From the IMG/VR virus record IMGVR_UViG_3300036857_000120: a stretch of DNA of 64,000 nt. One strand, 5' to 3'. The notes below the pieces were generated by a model. That model had not been told where the DNA came from. It made no database searches and was given only the letters and a program-made list of their open reading frames with translations. Shown here piece by piece: positions 38,252 to 46,908 of the stretch. The DNA comes from an uncultured virus (IMG/VR IMGVR_UViG_3300036857_000120) (taxonomy: Duplodnaviria; Heunggongvirae; Uroviricota; Caudoviricetes). Made by a program: the position numbers and the translations under genes. Within the stretch, counting starts at the first letter, position 1. Each line of letters begins with the position of its first letter.

Positions 38252-39444
38252 ATGAGCGAGGAGATCGGCAACTCCGGGTCCTCGATCTGTTCTCCGGGAT
38301 CGGAGCCTTCTCGCTTGGCCTCGAGCGCGCCGGAGGATTCCGGACCGTCGCATTCTGTGAATGCGATCCGTTCCGGCGCGCCGTGCTCGCAAAGCATTGG
38401 CCACGAGTGCCCTGCTACGACGACGTCCGATCCCTTAGCGGCGAACGATTGCAAGCAGATGACATTGCCGTGGATCTCATCTGCGGCGGATTCCCCTGCC
38501 AGGACGTCTCGCTTGCGGGGAGCGGTCTCGGACTTGACGGAGAGCGCAGCGGTCTATGGCGCGAGATGCGGAGAATTATTGGCGAGCTACGACCGCGCTT
38601 CGCAATCGTGGAAAACACCGCAGCACTCAATGGCCGGGGGCTTCACCGAATACTCGGAGACTTTGCCGAGATCGGGATGGATGCAGAGTGGCACGCTATT
38701 CCAGCTGCCGCCGTTGGTGCGCCTCACTTACGAGATCGAACATGGATCATCGCCTTTGCTCCCGACGCCGACGGCGGTCGACTACGGGACGAACCAAGGC
38801 GGCGAGATGGGGAGGATCGGGCCGGAGCGTCCATCGCTGGAGCATATGGCGCGGCGCAATCTCTGGCCGACGCCGACGGCGAAGGATTGCGATGCGAGCG
38901 GGAGCCGCAACACGGAGACGTCGAACGCGCACGCCGGGACGAGCTTGACGGATGCGGTCCGACAGGATGGCGGGCGCGGGCGCACATGGTCGACGCCGAC
39001 GAAGCGCGATGCGGAGAGCTTGGCGAAGGTAACGCGCGGAGCCGGATCCAGAGCGCGCGGCCAGGAGCGGATCGAGCCGCTCGCGGTCCAGGTCGCGACG
39101 GAGGAGCGCCGCTCATGGGCCTCGCCCGCGGCGCGCGATTACAGATCGGGCCGCGGACGTTCGCCGAATGGGCACACTCCGCAATTGCCGGAACAGATCG
39201 GCGGCAATCTCAATCCGGATTGGGTCGAGCTCCTCATGGGTCTCCCGCGCGGCTGGACGCGCCTGGATGGGGACCAGGATGGGAGGACGGCGTATCGCGC
39301 ACCGTCACGACGCAAGCGGATCGCGTCAACCGACGCGCCAGGATCGCGGCCATCGGCGACAGCCTCGTCCCCGATATCCCCGAAATTCTCGGACGAGCCG
39401 TCATGAGGATAGCGGGGATCACGAGCGCACAGGAGGAGACATGA
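38248..39444 (+). CDS. C5 cytosine DNA methyltransferase, main frame
   Basis: DLFSGIG, GGFPCQD, VEN, PH.RDR, motif X-like AIGDSLVP. Confidence 0.9.
   Translation: MNERGDRQLRVLDLFSGIGAFSLGLERAGGFRTVAFCECDPFRRAVLAKHWPRVPCYDDVRSLSGERLQADDIAVDLICGGFPCQDVSLAGSGLGLDGERSGLWREMRRIIGELRPRFAIVENTAALNGRGLHRILGDFAEIGMDAEWHAIPAAAVGAPHLRDRTWIIAFAPDADGGRLRDEPRRRDGEDRAGASIAGAYGAAQSLADADGEGLRCEREPQHGDVERARRDELDGCGPTGWRARAHMVDADEARCGELGEGNARSRIQSARPGADRAARGPGRDGGAPLMGLARGARLQIGPRTFAEWAHSAIAGTDRRQSQSGLGRAPHGSPARLDAPGWGPGWEDGVSRTVTTQADRVNRRARIAAIGDSLVPDIPEILGRAVMRIAGITSAQEET
38252..39406 (+). CDS. Alternative-frame polypeptide of the C5 MTase (TRD repeats + motif IX)
   Basis: Four (P/S)TP.A.D-type repeats and LNPDWVELLMGLP.GWT; start uncertain. 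Confidence 0.6.
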   Translation: MSEEIGNSGSSICSPGSEPSRLASSAPEDSGPSHSVNAIRSGAPCSQSIGHECPATTTSDPLAANDCKQMTLPWISSAADSPARTSRLRGAVSDLTESAAVYGARCGELLASYDRASQSWKTPQHSMAGGFTEYSETLPRSGWMQSGTLFQLPPLVRLTYEIEHGSSPLLPTPTAVDYGTNQGGEMGRIGPERPSLEHMARRNLWPTPTAKDCDASGSRNTETSNAHAGTSLTDAVRQDGGRGRTWSTPTKRDAESLAKVTRGAGSRARGQERIEPLAVQVATEERRSWASPAARDYRSGRGRSPNGHTPQLPEQIGGNLNPDWVELLMGLPRGWTRLDGDQDGRTAYRAPSRRKRIASTDAPGSRPSATASSPISPKFSDEPS

Positions 39445-39656
39445 GATCGAAGCTCGTGGATCCGTTGCGTGTTCTCGAGGCGCGGGCGCAAGCGCGCGCG
39501 GTGCTCCTCCGATGCGACGCATGGGAGACCGAGGAGGAGGCGATAGCGCCATTGATGGAGTACGCGCGCGCCGCGGGCCTCGTCGAGAAATACGGAGCCG
39601 ACGTCGTCTGGACCATCATCGATAAGGCATTTCATCCCGCGGCGGAGACGGCATGA
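39441..39656 (+). CDS. Hypothetical protein
   Basis: AGGAGG RBS. Confidence 0.6.
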   Translation: MRSKLVDPLRVLEARAQARAVLLRCDAWETEEEAIAPLMEYARAAGLVEKYGADVVWTIIDKAFHPAAETA

Positions 39657-41173
39657 GCGATCAGGAGCTCGGCGCATTCTCGGAGGGTTGTGCGGGCTGG
39701 CGGCGCATCCTCGCATCCGTGCCGCAGGAGGATCGGCTCCGCGTCTTCTCCAATGCGGCCGAGGAGATCGCGGGCTATGTCGCGCGCGGGCTCGCGCGTC
39801 CGGTCGCGGCCGACGAGCTTTCGGACATGGCGGTCGCCAACGGCTTGACCGACGACGACCAGATCCAGGCAATCATCGGCGGCGCATTCGCGCTCGTGCG
39901 CGACCAGGACGTAATCCCCGACGAGATCGAGGAGCCGAAGGTCAACGGGCACGACAAGCAAGCGCCCGCGCGCACGGTCACCCCGACGCAATACGTCCTC
40001 CCGGATCCATCGAACATTCCCAAGCGCGGCTGGCTCTATGCGCGCCATTACATGCGCGGGATCGTGACCGCGACGGTCGCTCCAGGAGGTTTCGGGAAGA
40101 CGAGCCTCAATCTATTCGAGGCGCTGGAGATGGTGAAAACCGGTCTCCGCGTCTGGTTCATATCGGCAGAGGACGACCGCGACGAGATCGACCGGCGCAT
40201 CGCGGCCTATGTCGCGCGTCACGGCATGACGCCGATGCAGATGGCCGACAATTTTTTCGTCGACGACAAGCTCACCCTACCGATGAAGCTCGCACAGATG
40301 GGGAAGAACGGACCGGACTTTAATAACGAGCTCCTCGCGGCATTCGACGCGGCCATCGCATTCTATCGGCTCGACGTCGTGATCTTCGATCCCTTCATCT
40401 CGTTCCACTATCTCCCGGAGAACGATACCGGATCCATGGATGCTCTGGTCAAGCGTCTCGGCAAGATCGCGAGCGAGCGCCAATGCAATATCGAGATCAG
40501 TCATCACGTCCGCAAACCAGCGATGAACCAGGCCGAGATCACCGTCCATGACGCGCGCGGCGCTGGCGCAATCGTCAATGCGGTCCGCTCGTGCCGCGTC
40601 CTCAATACCATGTCGTCGGCGGAGGTCGCCGCGGTCAATGCGGCGGCAACGCAAGAGCGACATAAGATCGATCCCGACAAGCGGACCTCATATCTGCGGA
40701 TCGACAGCGGCAAACGCAACATGGCTCCGCCGGAGAAAGCGCGCTGGATCCGACTCGTCTCCGTCGAGATCGAGAACGGCGATCACGTCCAGGCGGTCGA
40801 GCCTTACGAATTCCCGGCGACATTCGCCAACGTCTCGACCGAGGATCTCGATTACGTCCGCGGTCTCCTCCGGGCCAAGGACTATCGCGCGGACCCGCGC
40901 TCGCCGGAGTGGATCGGTCATCCAGTCATGAAGAAATTCAGCCGCAAGCCGGTCGAGACCGTGCCGAAAGTCAAATACGGCAAGGGCGACGTCATCTGGC
41001 TCAACAAACTCCTCGCCACTTGGGAAGCAAACGGCGTCCTGGTCCGCGAGGAGCGCGAGGACGAGCATCGCAAGGTCCGCGTCTGGTTCACGTCACCGGA
41101 GCGCAAGCGGGCCGATCCCAAGGTCGAGGACGAGGATCGCGCCAGTGCGACCGAGGATATGTTTAATGGTTAA
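39653..41173 (+). CDS. RepA-like AAA_25 replicative helicase
   Basis: APGGFGKT, SAED, FDP, END, HH.RK, ARGA.A. Confidence 0.85.
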   Translation: MSDQELGAFSEGCAGWRRILASVPQEDRLRVFSNAAEEIAGYVARGLARPVAADELSDMAVANGLTDDDQIQAIIGGAFALVRDQDVIPDEIEEPKVNGHDKQAPARTVTPTQYVLPDPSNIPKRGWLYARHYMRGIVTATVAPGGFGKTSLNLFEALEMVKTGLRVWFISAEDDRDEIDRRIAAYVARHGMTPMQMADNFFVDDKLTLPMKLAQMGKNGPDFNNELLAAFDAAIAFYRLDVVIFDPFISFHYLPENDTGSMDALVKRLGKIASERQCNIEISHHVRKPAMNQAEITVHDARGAGAIVNAVRSCRVLNTMSSAEVAAVNAAATQERHKIDPDKRTSYLRIDSGKRNMAPPEKARWIRLVSVEIENGDHVQAVEPYEFPATFANVSTEDLDYVRGLLRAKDYRADPRSPEWIGHPVMKKFSRKPVETVPKVKYGKGDVIWLNKLLATWEANGVLVREEREDEHRKVRVWFTSPERKRADPKVEDEDRASATEDMFNG

Positions 41174-41192
41174 GAAGCAACCGCCGAGCGAG

Positions 41193-41374
41193 TGCGCCAG
41201 TCATCGCGCACGACTGGCGCAAGGAGTGGCGCAACTGGCGCAATATTTCGGTCTCTGCGCCAGTTTGCGCCAGTCGTTAGGTGTACCCTCTAGGAGGGTT
41301 ACACCTAAACGGACTGGCGCGGGCAACTGGCGCAAGATGACCGATTGCGCCGCCACTGGCGCACGACTGGCGCA
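41193..41374. repeat. Iteron array and central palindrome, probable replication origin
   Basis: About nine ACTGGCGC(A) copies in both orientations around TTAGGTGTACCCTC-TAG-GAGGGTTACACCTAA. Confidence 0.75.
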
Positions 41375-41417
41375 ATACGCCGGAGAGCTTGGAACCAAAT
41401 AAGACCAGGAGGACCGA

Positions 41418-41654
41418 ATGGACGAGCGGCGCATCCGGTTAAGCCGGGAAGGATGGGCGGTCTATCACCGGCCGGGAAAGGACAGGGCTCCATGGCGGAA
41501 CATCGTCGCTCATGGGCCAAGTCGAAAATTCTTTCTATGCTGGAATGGTCAACGCCTCGCGAAAAATTCCGAAGCTGATTTGTTGCGTGGAAGACACCCC
41601 GATATTTCGTCCTGGATCGAGACCAGTCTTCCGCGGATCACGCTTTGGGAGTGA
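41418..41654 (+). CDS. Hypothetical protein
   Basis: AGGAGG RBS. Confidence 0.55.
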   Translation: MDERRIRLSREGWAVYHRPGKDRAPWRNIVAHGPSRKFFLCWNGQRLAKNSEADLLRGRHPDISSWIETSLPRITLWE

Positions 41655-42250
41655 CACCGATGGCGCGCCGCCGCAGACGGGTCGAGATCGAGCTCGAGGC
41701 CGTGCCCGGGTTATCCCCGGACGAGATCACCCGCATCGCCTTCCCGGAGTTGAGCCGTTGCGATCATTGCGGGGAATTCGATGCGAAGCCGATCCGCACG
41801 ACGGGCGGCAATGGGACGGTCTGGCTTCATGATCTCTGTCGGCCGAAATTCCAGCCGACACCGTCGACGCCTGTGCTGTATCAACCCGGACAGGGTTATC
41901 ACACCGATCCGGAACAGAAGGGCCGCATCGTAGGCGCGCTCGTGCGGATCGCGCCTGGACATTTCGAGGCGTATCGATACGCGCAACATCGCAAGGGCGA
42001 GCCGCTCGGAAAAGCCGAGGACGCAATGGGCGCGCTCAAATTATTCGCTGGCAGTCATCATTCCATCCCGCGCGGTCCTCGCGGCAAGATTCGAGACGAT
42101 CTCAACGGTCATTCGGAATCGCTCCCGTCAATCCGATGGTGCGGCGGCGTCCGTAAATGCGCCTGCTATGATGATGGCGAGATCACAGCCCATAAATTCC
42201 GATGGGAGTGGTCGGAGCCAGCCTTGCGATTCGTAAGGAGAGCGCGATGA
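41651..42250 (+). CDS. Hypothetical protein with C..C...VWLH..C motif
   Basis: GTGA coupling. Confidence 0.5.
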   Translation: MTPMARRRRRVEIELEAVPGLSPDEITRIAFPELSRCDHCGEFDAKPIRTTGGNGTVWLHDLCRPKFQPTPSTPVLYQPGQGYHTDPEQKGRIVGALVRIAPGHFEAYRYAQHRKGEPLGKAEDAMGALKLFAGSHHSIPRGPRGKIRDDLNGHSESLPSIRWCGGVRKCACYDDGEITAHKFRWEWSEPALRFVRRAR

Positions 42251-42465
42251 CCCTCAACGTAATCGATCCGGCACTCCAGATCCGTTGCGTCCTGTGCGGC
42301 GCACGATTCCTCGCCATCGATGACGAGCATTCGGTCCAACTCACCGCACACGATGCCCTTCGGCTCCGCATGCGCGCCGGCGATCCCGTTTGCCACTCGT
42401 GCTGGTTCAATGAGATCGCCGTCGACCGTTTCGGCAACCCGACGATCATGACGGGACACGCATGA
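42247..42465 (+). CDS. Small zinc-binding protein
   Basis: AAGGAG RBS, two CxxC. Confidence 0.55.
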   Translation: MTLNVIDPALQIRCVLCGARFLAIDDEHSVQLTAHDALRLRMRAGDPVCHSCWFNEIAVDRFGNPTIMTGHA

Positions 42466-42919
42466 ATTGCCGGGAGTTCAATCGTGCCGTGATGCAGATC
42501 GTCGAGGAGACGTCGCGGCTTCATTGGGACGCGGCGCATGCGAGAGCGGAGCAAGCCATGAAGCGCCCCGGCCAGGAGCGATTGACGATCATCCCGCTCA
42601 CCTGGAAACAGGCTTGCCAATTCGTCGACGCCATGCATCGCAATCACGGCGAGCCGCGCGGATGCAAATTCGCGATTGGCGTCGTCGACCAGGCCGGAGA
42701 GATGCACGGCGTCGCATTGTGCGGACGTCCTGTCGCGCGGGAGCTCGATGACGGTTTGACGGCGCCGGATATGTGCGCGTCCGCGATCTCCCCGCACGAG
42801 GGTCCTGGGCCGCATCATCCATCGCGCTTCGGCACATTCGCGATCCCGTCGGCAACGGAGGGATCGCACGGATCCTCTGGCGCTACGGCGATCAATTGCC
42901 GCTGGAGTTGACGCGATGA
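42462..42919 (+). pseudogene. XF1762-like (Mom/GNAT-related) gene with internal deletion and frameshift near 42763
   Basis: A..FV...HR.H, GRPVAR.LDDG.T, then the C-terminus continues in another frame ending at the ATGA of the next gene. Confidence 0.7.
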
Positions 42920-43182
42920 TCTCTCGTCTCCTTCGATTGAAGCGCGGAGCCAAACTCCCGACACGAGTGAAGCTCCCGAAAAAAATGGTCCTGGAGGATC
43001 TGGAATATCGCGTCGGTCATCTCGAGGTCGGGCCGAAGGACCTCGTCGTCGTCTCGACCGACATGATGCTCACGCGCGAGCAATGCCGCGAATTGCAAAA
43101 ATTGACGAAGCAATGGTTTCCGAAAAATCGCGTCCTCGTCATGACGGCGGGCCTCAAGCTCGGCGTCGTTCGTCGCAAGTGA
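42916..43182 (+). CDS. Hypothetical protein
   Basis: L.V.P.D.VVV motif, coupling. Confidence 0.55.
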   Translation: MISRLLRLKRGAKLPTRVKLPKKMVLEDLEYRVGHLEVGPKDLVVVSTDMMLTREQCRELQKLTKQWFPKNRVLVMTAGLKLGVVRRK

Positions 43183-43209
43183 AGGCTGGAGATCGGATCG
43201 AATGTCGAC

Positions 43210-43719
43210 ATGGCTTTCTGGAGTGTGGTCCAGACGTATGCGATGCGCGAGGCGCTCGTCGCGCGCAATCTTCTCCGCGAGGGCTTTGAAAGTTATCTGC
43301 CGCGCATTCGCGAGATCGGTCGCGATGGTCGAGGCCGTACCGTTCCGCTCTTTCCGGGCTACTTGTTTGTCCAGGTCGAGCGCCTCTGGTATCCGATCCT
43401 GTCGACCGTCGGCGTCATCCGAATATTGCGGATCGGGGATGAACCCGCGCGCCTCGACGACCGCATCGTGACGAAGCTCGTCGGCCAAGAGGTCAAGGGC
43501 CTCGTGCGGCTCCCGAAGCCGCGCGGCCTCCAGATCGGCGACCAGGTCAAGGTCCTCCGCGGTACGTTCAAGGATCACATCGGCATATTCGACGGCATGC
43601 GCGGTCACCAACGCTCGCTCGTCCTTCTCGCCCTTCTCGGCGGTCATGTCCGGGTCGAGATCGCCAGCGAGGACGTCCAGCCCATAGTGCCAGCGTCGTC
43701 GTCCACCGCTATCGCTTGA
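43210..43719 (+). CDS. NusG/RfaH-family antitermination factor
   Basis: W.VVQT, PLFPGYLFV, T.GV..I, KOW-like GD.V.V..G.F. Confidence 0.9.
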   Translation: MAFWSVVQTYAMREALVARNLLREGFESYLPRIREIGRDGRGRTVPLFPGYLFVQVERLWYPILSTVGVIRILRIGDEPARLDDRIVTKLVGQEVKGLVRLPKPRGLQIGDQVKVLRGTFKDHIGIFDGMRGHQRSLVLLALLGGHVRVEIASEDVQPIVPASSSTAIA

Positions 43720-43745
43720 TCTGCCGAATGAGTCGGGTTTATAAC
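43716..43745 (+). promoter_or_regulatory. Probable late promoter
   Basis: TTGATC-18-TATAAC overlapping the NusG-like stop codon. Confidence 0.65.
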
Positions 43746-43748
43746 TCC

Positions 43749-44030
43749 GCGCTCTAAGGGACTGGCGGGCCTGGGCATTCGCACGAAAATCGAGCGAGGT
43801 CCTGTGCGGATGCCATCGGCGGAAAAGCAGAAAAATATCGTCGCCGCAACGGTTTCTCTCCGACGATTGCTTGACAGCGCAAGCGATCTCGTCGGCCCGG
43901 GCGCAAGGCTCGCACGGATCCAGCCTCCTCCGCGGGCCTTGCGTCCCTCCTCCGATCTCGGTCATGTGAAACACCCGCCAGCGCAAGCGCCAGAGCGGGA
44001 CCTTGCGTCCAGTCTGGCAAGAGAGAGCGC
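43749..44030 (+). ncRNA. Candidate structured leader RNA
   Basis: At least six nested helices read by eye; no convincing ORF. Confidence 0.55.
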
Positions 44031-44033
44031 CCT

Positions 44034-44408
44034 ATGTCGGACGAGATCGACCGAGCTCCTCCGCTCCGGCGATGGGCGAAGCAAGGGGCATGGCATGCCC
44101 TCTACAACACGGCCCGATGGAAACGGCTTAGGGTCCTACAACTCCGGGAGCATCCACTCTGCCGCATGTGCCTGGACAGGGGTACGGTAAACGTCGCGAC
44201 AGTAGTCGATCACGTCGTCCCGCATCGTGGGGATCGAAACAGTTTCTTCACTGGCGAGCTTCAATCCCTGTGCGAGCCTTGTCACAACATCGAAAAGAAA
44301 CGCGAGGAGATGCACGGATATCGCCCGGGCGTCGACGAGGTTGGATGGCCGACCGATCCGCGGCACCCTGCCAATGCTTCTCCGCAAGCGAGGCGCTCGC
44401 GCGCGTGA
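44034..44408 (+). CDS. HNH endonuclease (HK97 gp74-like packaging factor)
   Basis: PLCRMC, VVDHVVPH.GD, LQSLC..CH. Confidence 0.9.
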   Translation: MSDEIDRAPPLRRWAKQGAWHALYNTARWKRLRVLQLREHPLCRMCLDRGTVNVATVVDHVVPHRGDRNSFFTGELQSLCEPCHNIEKKREEMHGYRPGVDEVGWPTDPRHPANASPQARRSRA

Positions 44409-44469
44409 GCGCGCGGGATGGGGCCGGGGGGGAGACCCCATGCCGTGCCATCGTTTCGAATTGTTCTGC

Positions 44470-44660
44470 GGGCGGGGGGGACCGGTGATTTTTCGGGGTC
44501 GCCAAACCTGGAGACCGTCGCGCCCATTTTTCGCGTGCTCCCGCGGTGTAAAATGCAGGGGTCCCCTAGTCCTAGGACCCGGGACAGGGGTCCAGGCGGG
44601 CTCCGGGCGGCCCGGGACGGCGGCCCGGGACGGGGATGGGGGATAGGACCCCGGACCCTC
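44470..44660. other. Candidate cos/packaging region
   Basis: Non-coding after HNH; G-run, GACCGTCGCGCCC, repeated GGGAC boxes; inferred from position. Confidence 0.4.
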
Positions 44661-44747
44661 GAAAAAGCCGCGGGCGGGCTCCTAATGGCTTCGGGGCCGG
44701 GATACCGCCGCGGTGCCAGTGTCGGGGTCCCCGGGATGGAGGAGGCG

Positions 44748-45347
44748 ATGGCGATTGCCGATCAGATCGAGCGCCGGAGGGTTGTCGATCTCGTGCCGTA
44801 TGCGCGCAATGCGCGGACGCATTCGGAGGATCAGATCGGGCAGATCGTGCGGTCGATTGAGGAGTTTGGCTGGACAATGCCGGTCCTGGTCGGAGAGGAC
44901 GGGATAATCATCGCCGGTCATGGGAGAGTGCTCGCCGCGGAGCGGTTGGGGATAGGAGAGGTCCCGGTCATCGTCGGACGCGGCTGGACGCCGGAGCAAG
45001 TCGAGGCGTATCGCATCGCCGACAACAAGATCGCGACCAATGCGGGATGGGACGAGGCGCTCATGTCGCTCGCGGTCGCGGACCTGGACGATCTCGGATT
45101 CGATATCACGAAGCTCGGTCTATCGGCGGCGGAGGCGAAGGCGTTCCGGGGCGAGGACGAGGAGAACGGCGAGCGCAAGGTCAACGTGCGCGAGGTCGAG
45201 ATCGCGACCGGTCCGGTCAAGGATGAATTCTGGATCGTCATCAAAGGACCGCTGGCGCAGCAAGCCGACGCGCTCCAGCGTTTCGAGACCGTGATGAAGG
45301 AGCTCGAGGGCGTTCGCGTCGAGATGGGAACGACGGTCCTCGAATGA
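44748..45347 (+). CDS. ParB/Srx N-terminal domain protein
   Basis: PY.RNARTH, SI.EFGW, IIAGHGR..AA, IADN. Confidence 0.85.
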   Translation: MAIADQIERRRVVDLVPYARNARTHSEDQIGQIVRSIEEFGWTMPVLVGEDGIIIAGHGRVLAAERLGIGEVPVIVGRGWTPEQVEAYRIADNKIATNAGWDEALMSLAVADLDDLGFDITKLGLSAAEAKAFRGEDEENGERKVNVREVEIATGPVKDEFWIVIKGPLAQQADALQRFETVMKELEGVRVEMGTTVLE

Positions 45348-45985
45348 TGACGCGGCGCTGGCGCGATGACGCGATCCTGGGCGAGCCCGACCTCGATACT
45401 GTCGAGCGGCCATGGCGGGATCCGCGTCGCCGGAGGAGCGAGAGATCGATGACGGCCATCGCGGACATGGCGCGTCCGGAGTTGCCGCGGCCGACGTGTC
45501 GCGTGAAGCTCGTTTGCGGTCCGCCAGCGGCGGGGAAGACGACCTACGTGCGGGCGCATGCGAGCGCCGACGATATCGTGATCGACTTCGATCTCATTGC
45601 GCGCGATCTCGGATATGGCCTCGAGCGGCACGGCGAGGAGGTCGCCGAGGTCCTGGTCGAGCGCAACGCGCGCATGGCGGCGCTCGCGCACGAGCCCGCG
45701 GAGCGGCTGGCATGGGTCGTCATCAACGCGCCGTCGCATCGCTTGCGGGAATGGTGGCGCGGGATCCTCAACGCCGAGGAGGTCGTCCTCCTGTTGCCGG
45801 AGCGCGCCGAGCTCCTCCGTCGCATCCGGAACGATCCAGATCGGCAATACGATTGGGCGCGCCATTACGAGCTCGTCATGCAATGGCTCGCGCGCGAGCG
45901 ATACAATGATCCGGGGATCATGAAGGGCGATTGCGACGCGCAAGGAATGCCGACGGATCCGTTGCATCCCTGGAACCGGAGTTGA
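45344..45985 (+). CDS. P-loop (AAA_33-like) protein
   Basis: LVCGPPAAGKTTYV, VIDFD; alternative start 45449. Confidence 0.75.
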   Translation: MMTRRWRDDAILGEPDLDTVERPWRDPRRRRSERSMTAIADMARPELPRPTCRVKLVCGPPAAGKTTYVRAHASADDIVIDFDLIARDLGYGLERHGEEVAEVLVERNARMAALAHEPAERLAWVVINAPSHRLREWWRGILNAEEVVLLLPERAELLRRIRNDPDRQYDWARHYELVMQWLARERYNDPGIMKGDCDAQGMPTDPLHPWNRS

Positions 45986-45997
45986 TCGGCGGGCCGC

Positions 45998-46810
45998 ATG
46001 CCATACGCGAACAAGGTCTATAAACAGATCGACAACACGGAGGCGCGCGGGGCCAAGCGCGCGAAGATCGAGATCCGGCGCAACGTGGCGGCGGCGATTG
46101 GCGGCGTTCCGTTGCACGTCTTCGATGCGTTCGCGGGCGCGGGCGTTCTCCATCGCGCGGTCTGGCGCGATCTGGCCGCGAGCTATACCGGTTGCGACAA
46201 GCGATATTTCAAGGACGGGCGGCGCGTCTTCGTCGCCGACAACCGGCGCGTCCTCCGGGCGCTCGATCTCTCGCGCTTCAACGTGTTCGATCTCGACGCC
46301 TACGGATCGCCATGGGAGCAAGCGGTCATCATCGCGGCGAAGCGCAAGCTCGCGCCAGGCGAGCGCGCGGCGATCATCGTCACCGACAATATGATGCAAT
46401 ATCGCAACGCCATGGTCGCGCATGGTCTGCGGGATCTGACCGGCCTTCGTCATCGTGCGACCCCGGGCAAATCCATGTCGCGCAATCACGCCGCGATCCT
46501 CGCGGTGATCTGGAACGAGATCGCGGCGCGCATGAGCTCTCGTCTCGTGCGCGTCTGGCAAGCGGACAATGCGACGGGCGGCGTCGGCGTCGCCTATGTC
46601 GGCGCGGTGTTCGAAGGCGTCCCGGAAGCGGAGCGCGTGGTCGCGCGCGAAAAAATCTCGAGGGCAACTGCGGCCAGGACGGACTCGTTCGCGCCGGAGG
46701 CGGGCCTGGAGTTGCGGTCGCTGGAGGAGCTCGCCGCGGGGACGAAGACGGTCATCCCTTCAATCGAAAAAAAATCCCGGCGCGAACAACGCAACGCGCG
46801 CCGGGGGTAG
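45998..46810 (+). CDS. SAM-methyltransferase-fold protein
   Basis: VFDAFAGAG, FD.DAYGSPW motifs. Confidence 0.65.
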   Translation: MPYANKVYKQIDNTEARGAKRAKIEIRRNVAAAIGGVPLHVFDAFAGAGVLHRAVWRDLAASYTGCDKRYFKDGRRVFVADNRRVLRALDLSRFNVFDLDAYGSPWEQAVIIAAKRKLAPGERAAIIVTDNMMQYRNAMVAHGLRDLTGLRHRATPGKSMSRNHAAILAVIWNEIAARMSSRLVRVWQADNATGGVGVAYVGAVFEGVPEAERVVAREKISRATAARTDSFAPEAGLELRSLEELAAGTKTVIPSIEKKSRREQRNARRG

Positions 46811-46908
46811 TCATCCATGCATCGCCGGAGAGGCCCGATAATTCGGGCGCGAGTGTGACCGCGGCGCTACAGCCAACGCGGCCGAGTCGGAGGTAGCATG
46901 GCGGGGTC

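Noticed and set aside
41193..41374. CRISPR array
   Set aside because: Repeats are 8-9 bp, in both orientations, with irregular spacing; no cas genes
44918..46561. Long antisense ORFs (also 59400..60950 and 13134..14474)
   Set aside because: Shadow frames of well-supported genes in GC-rich DNA, Arg-rich and without motifs
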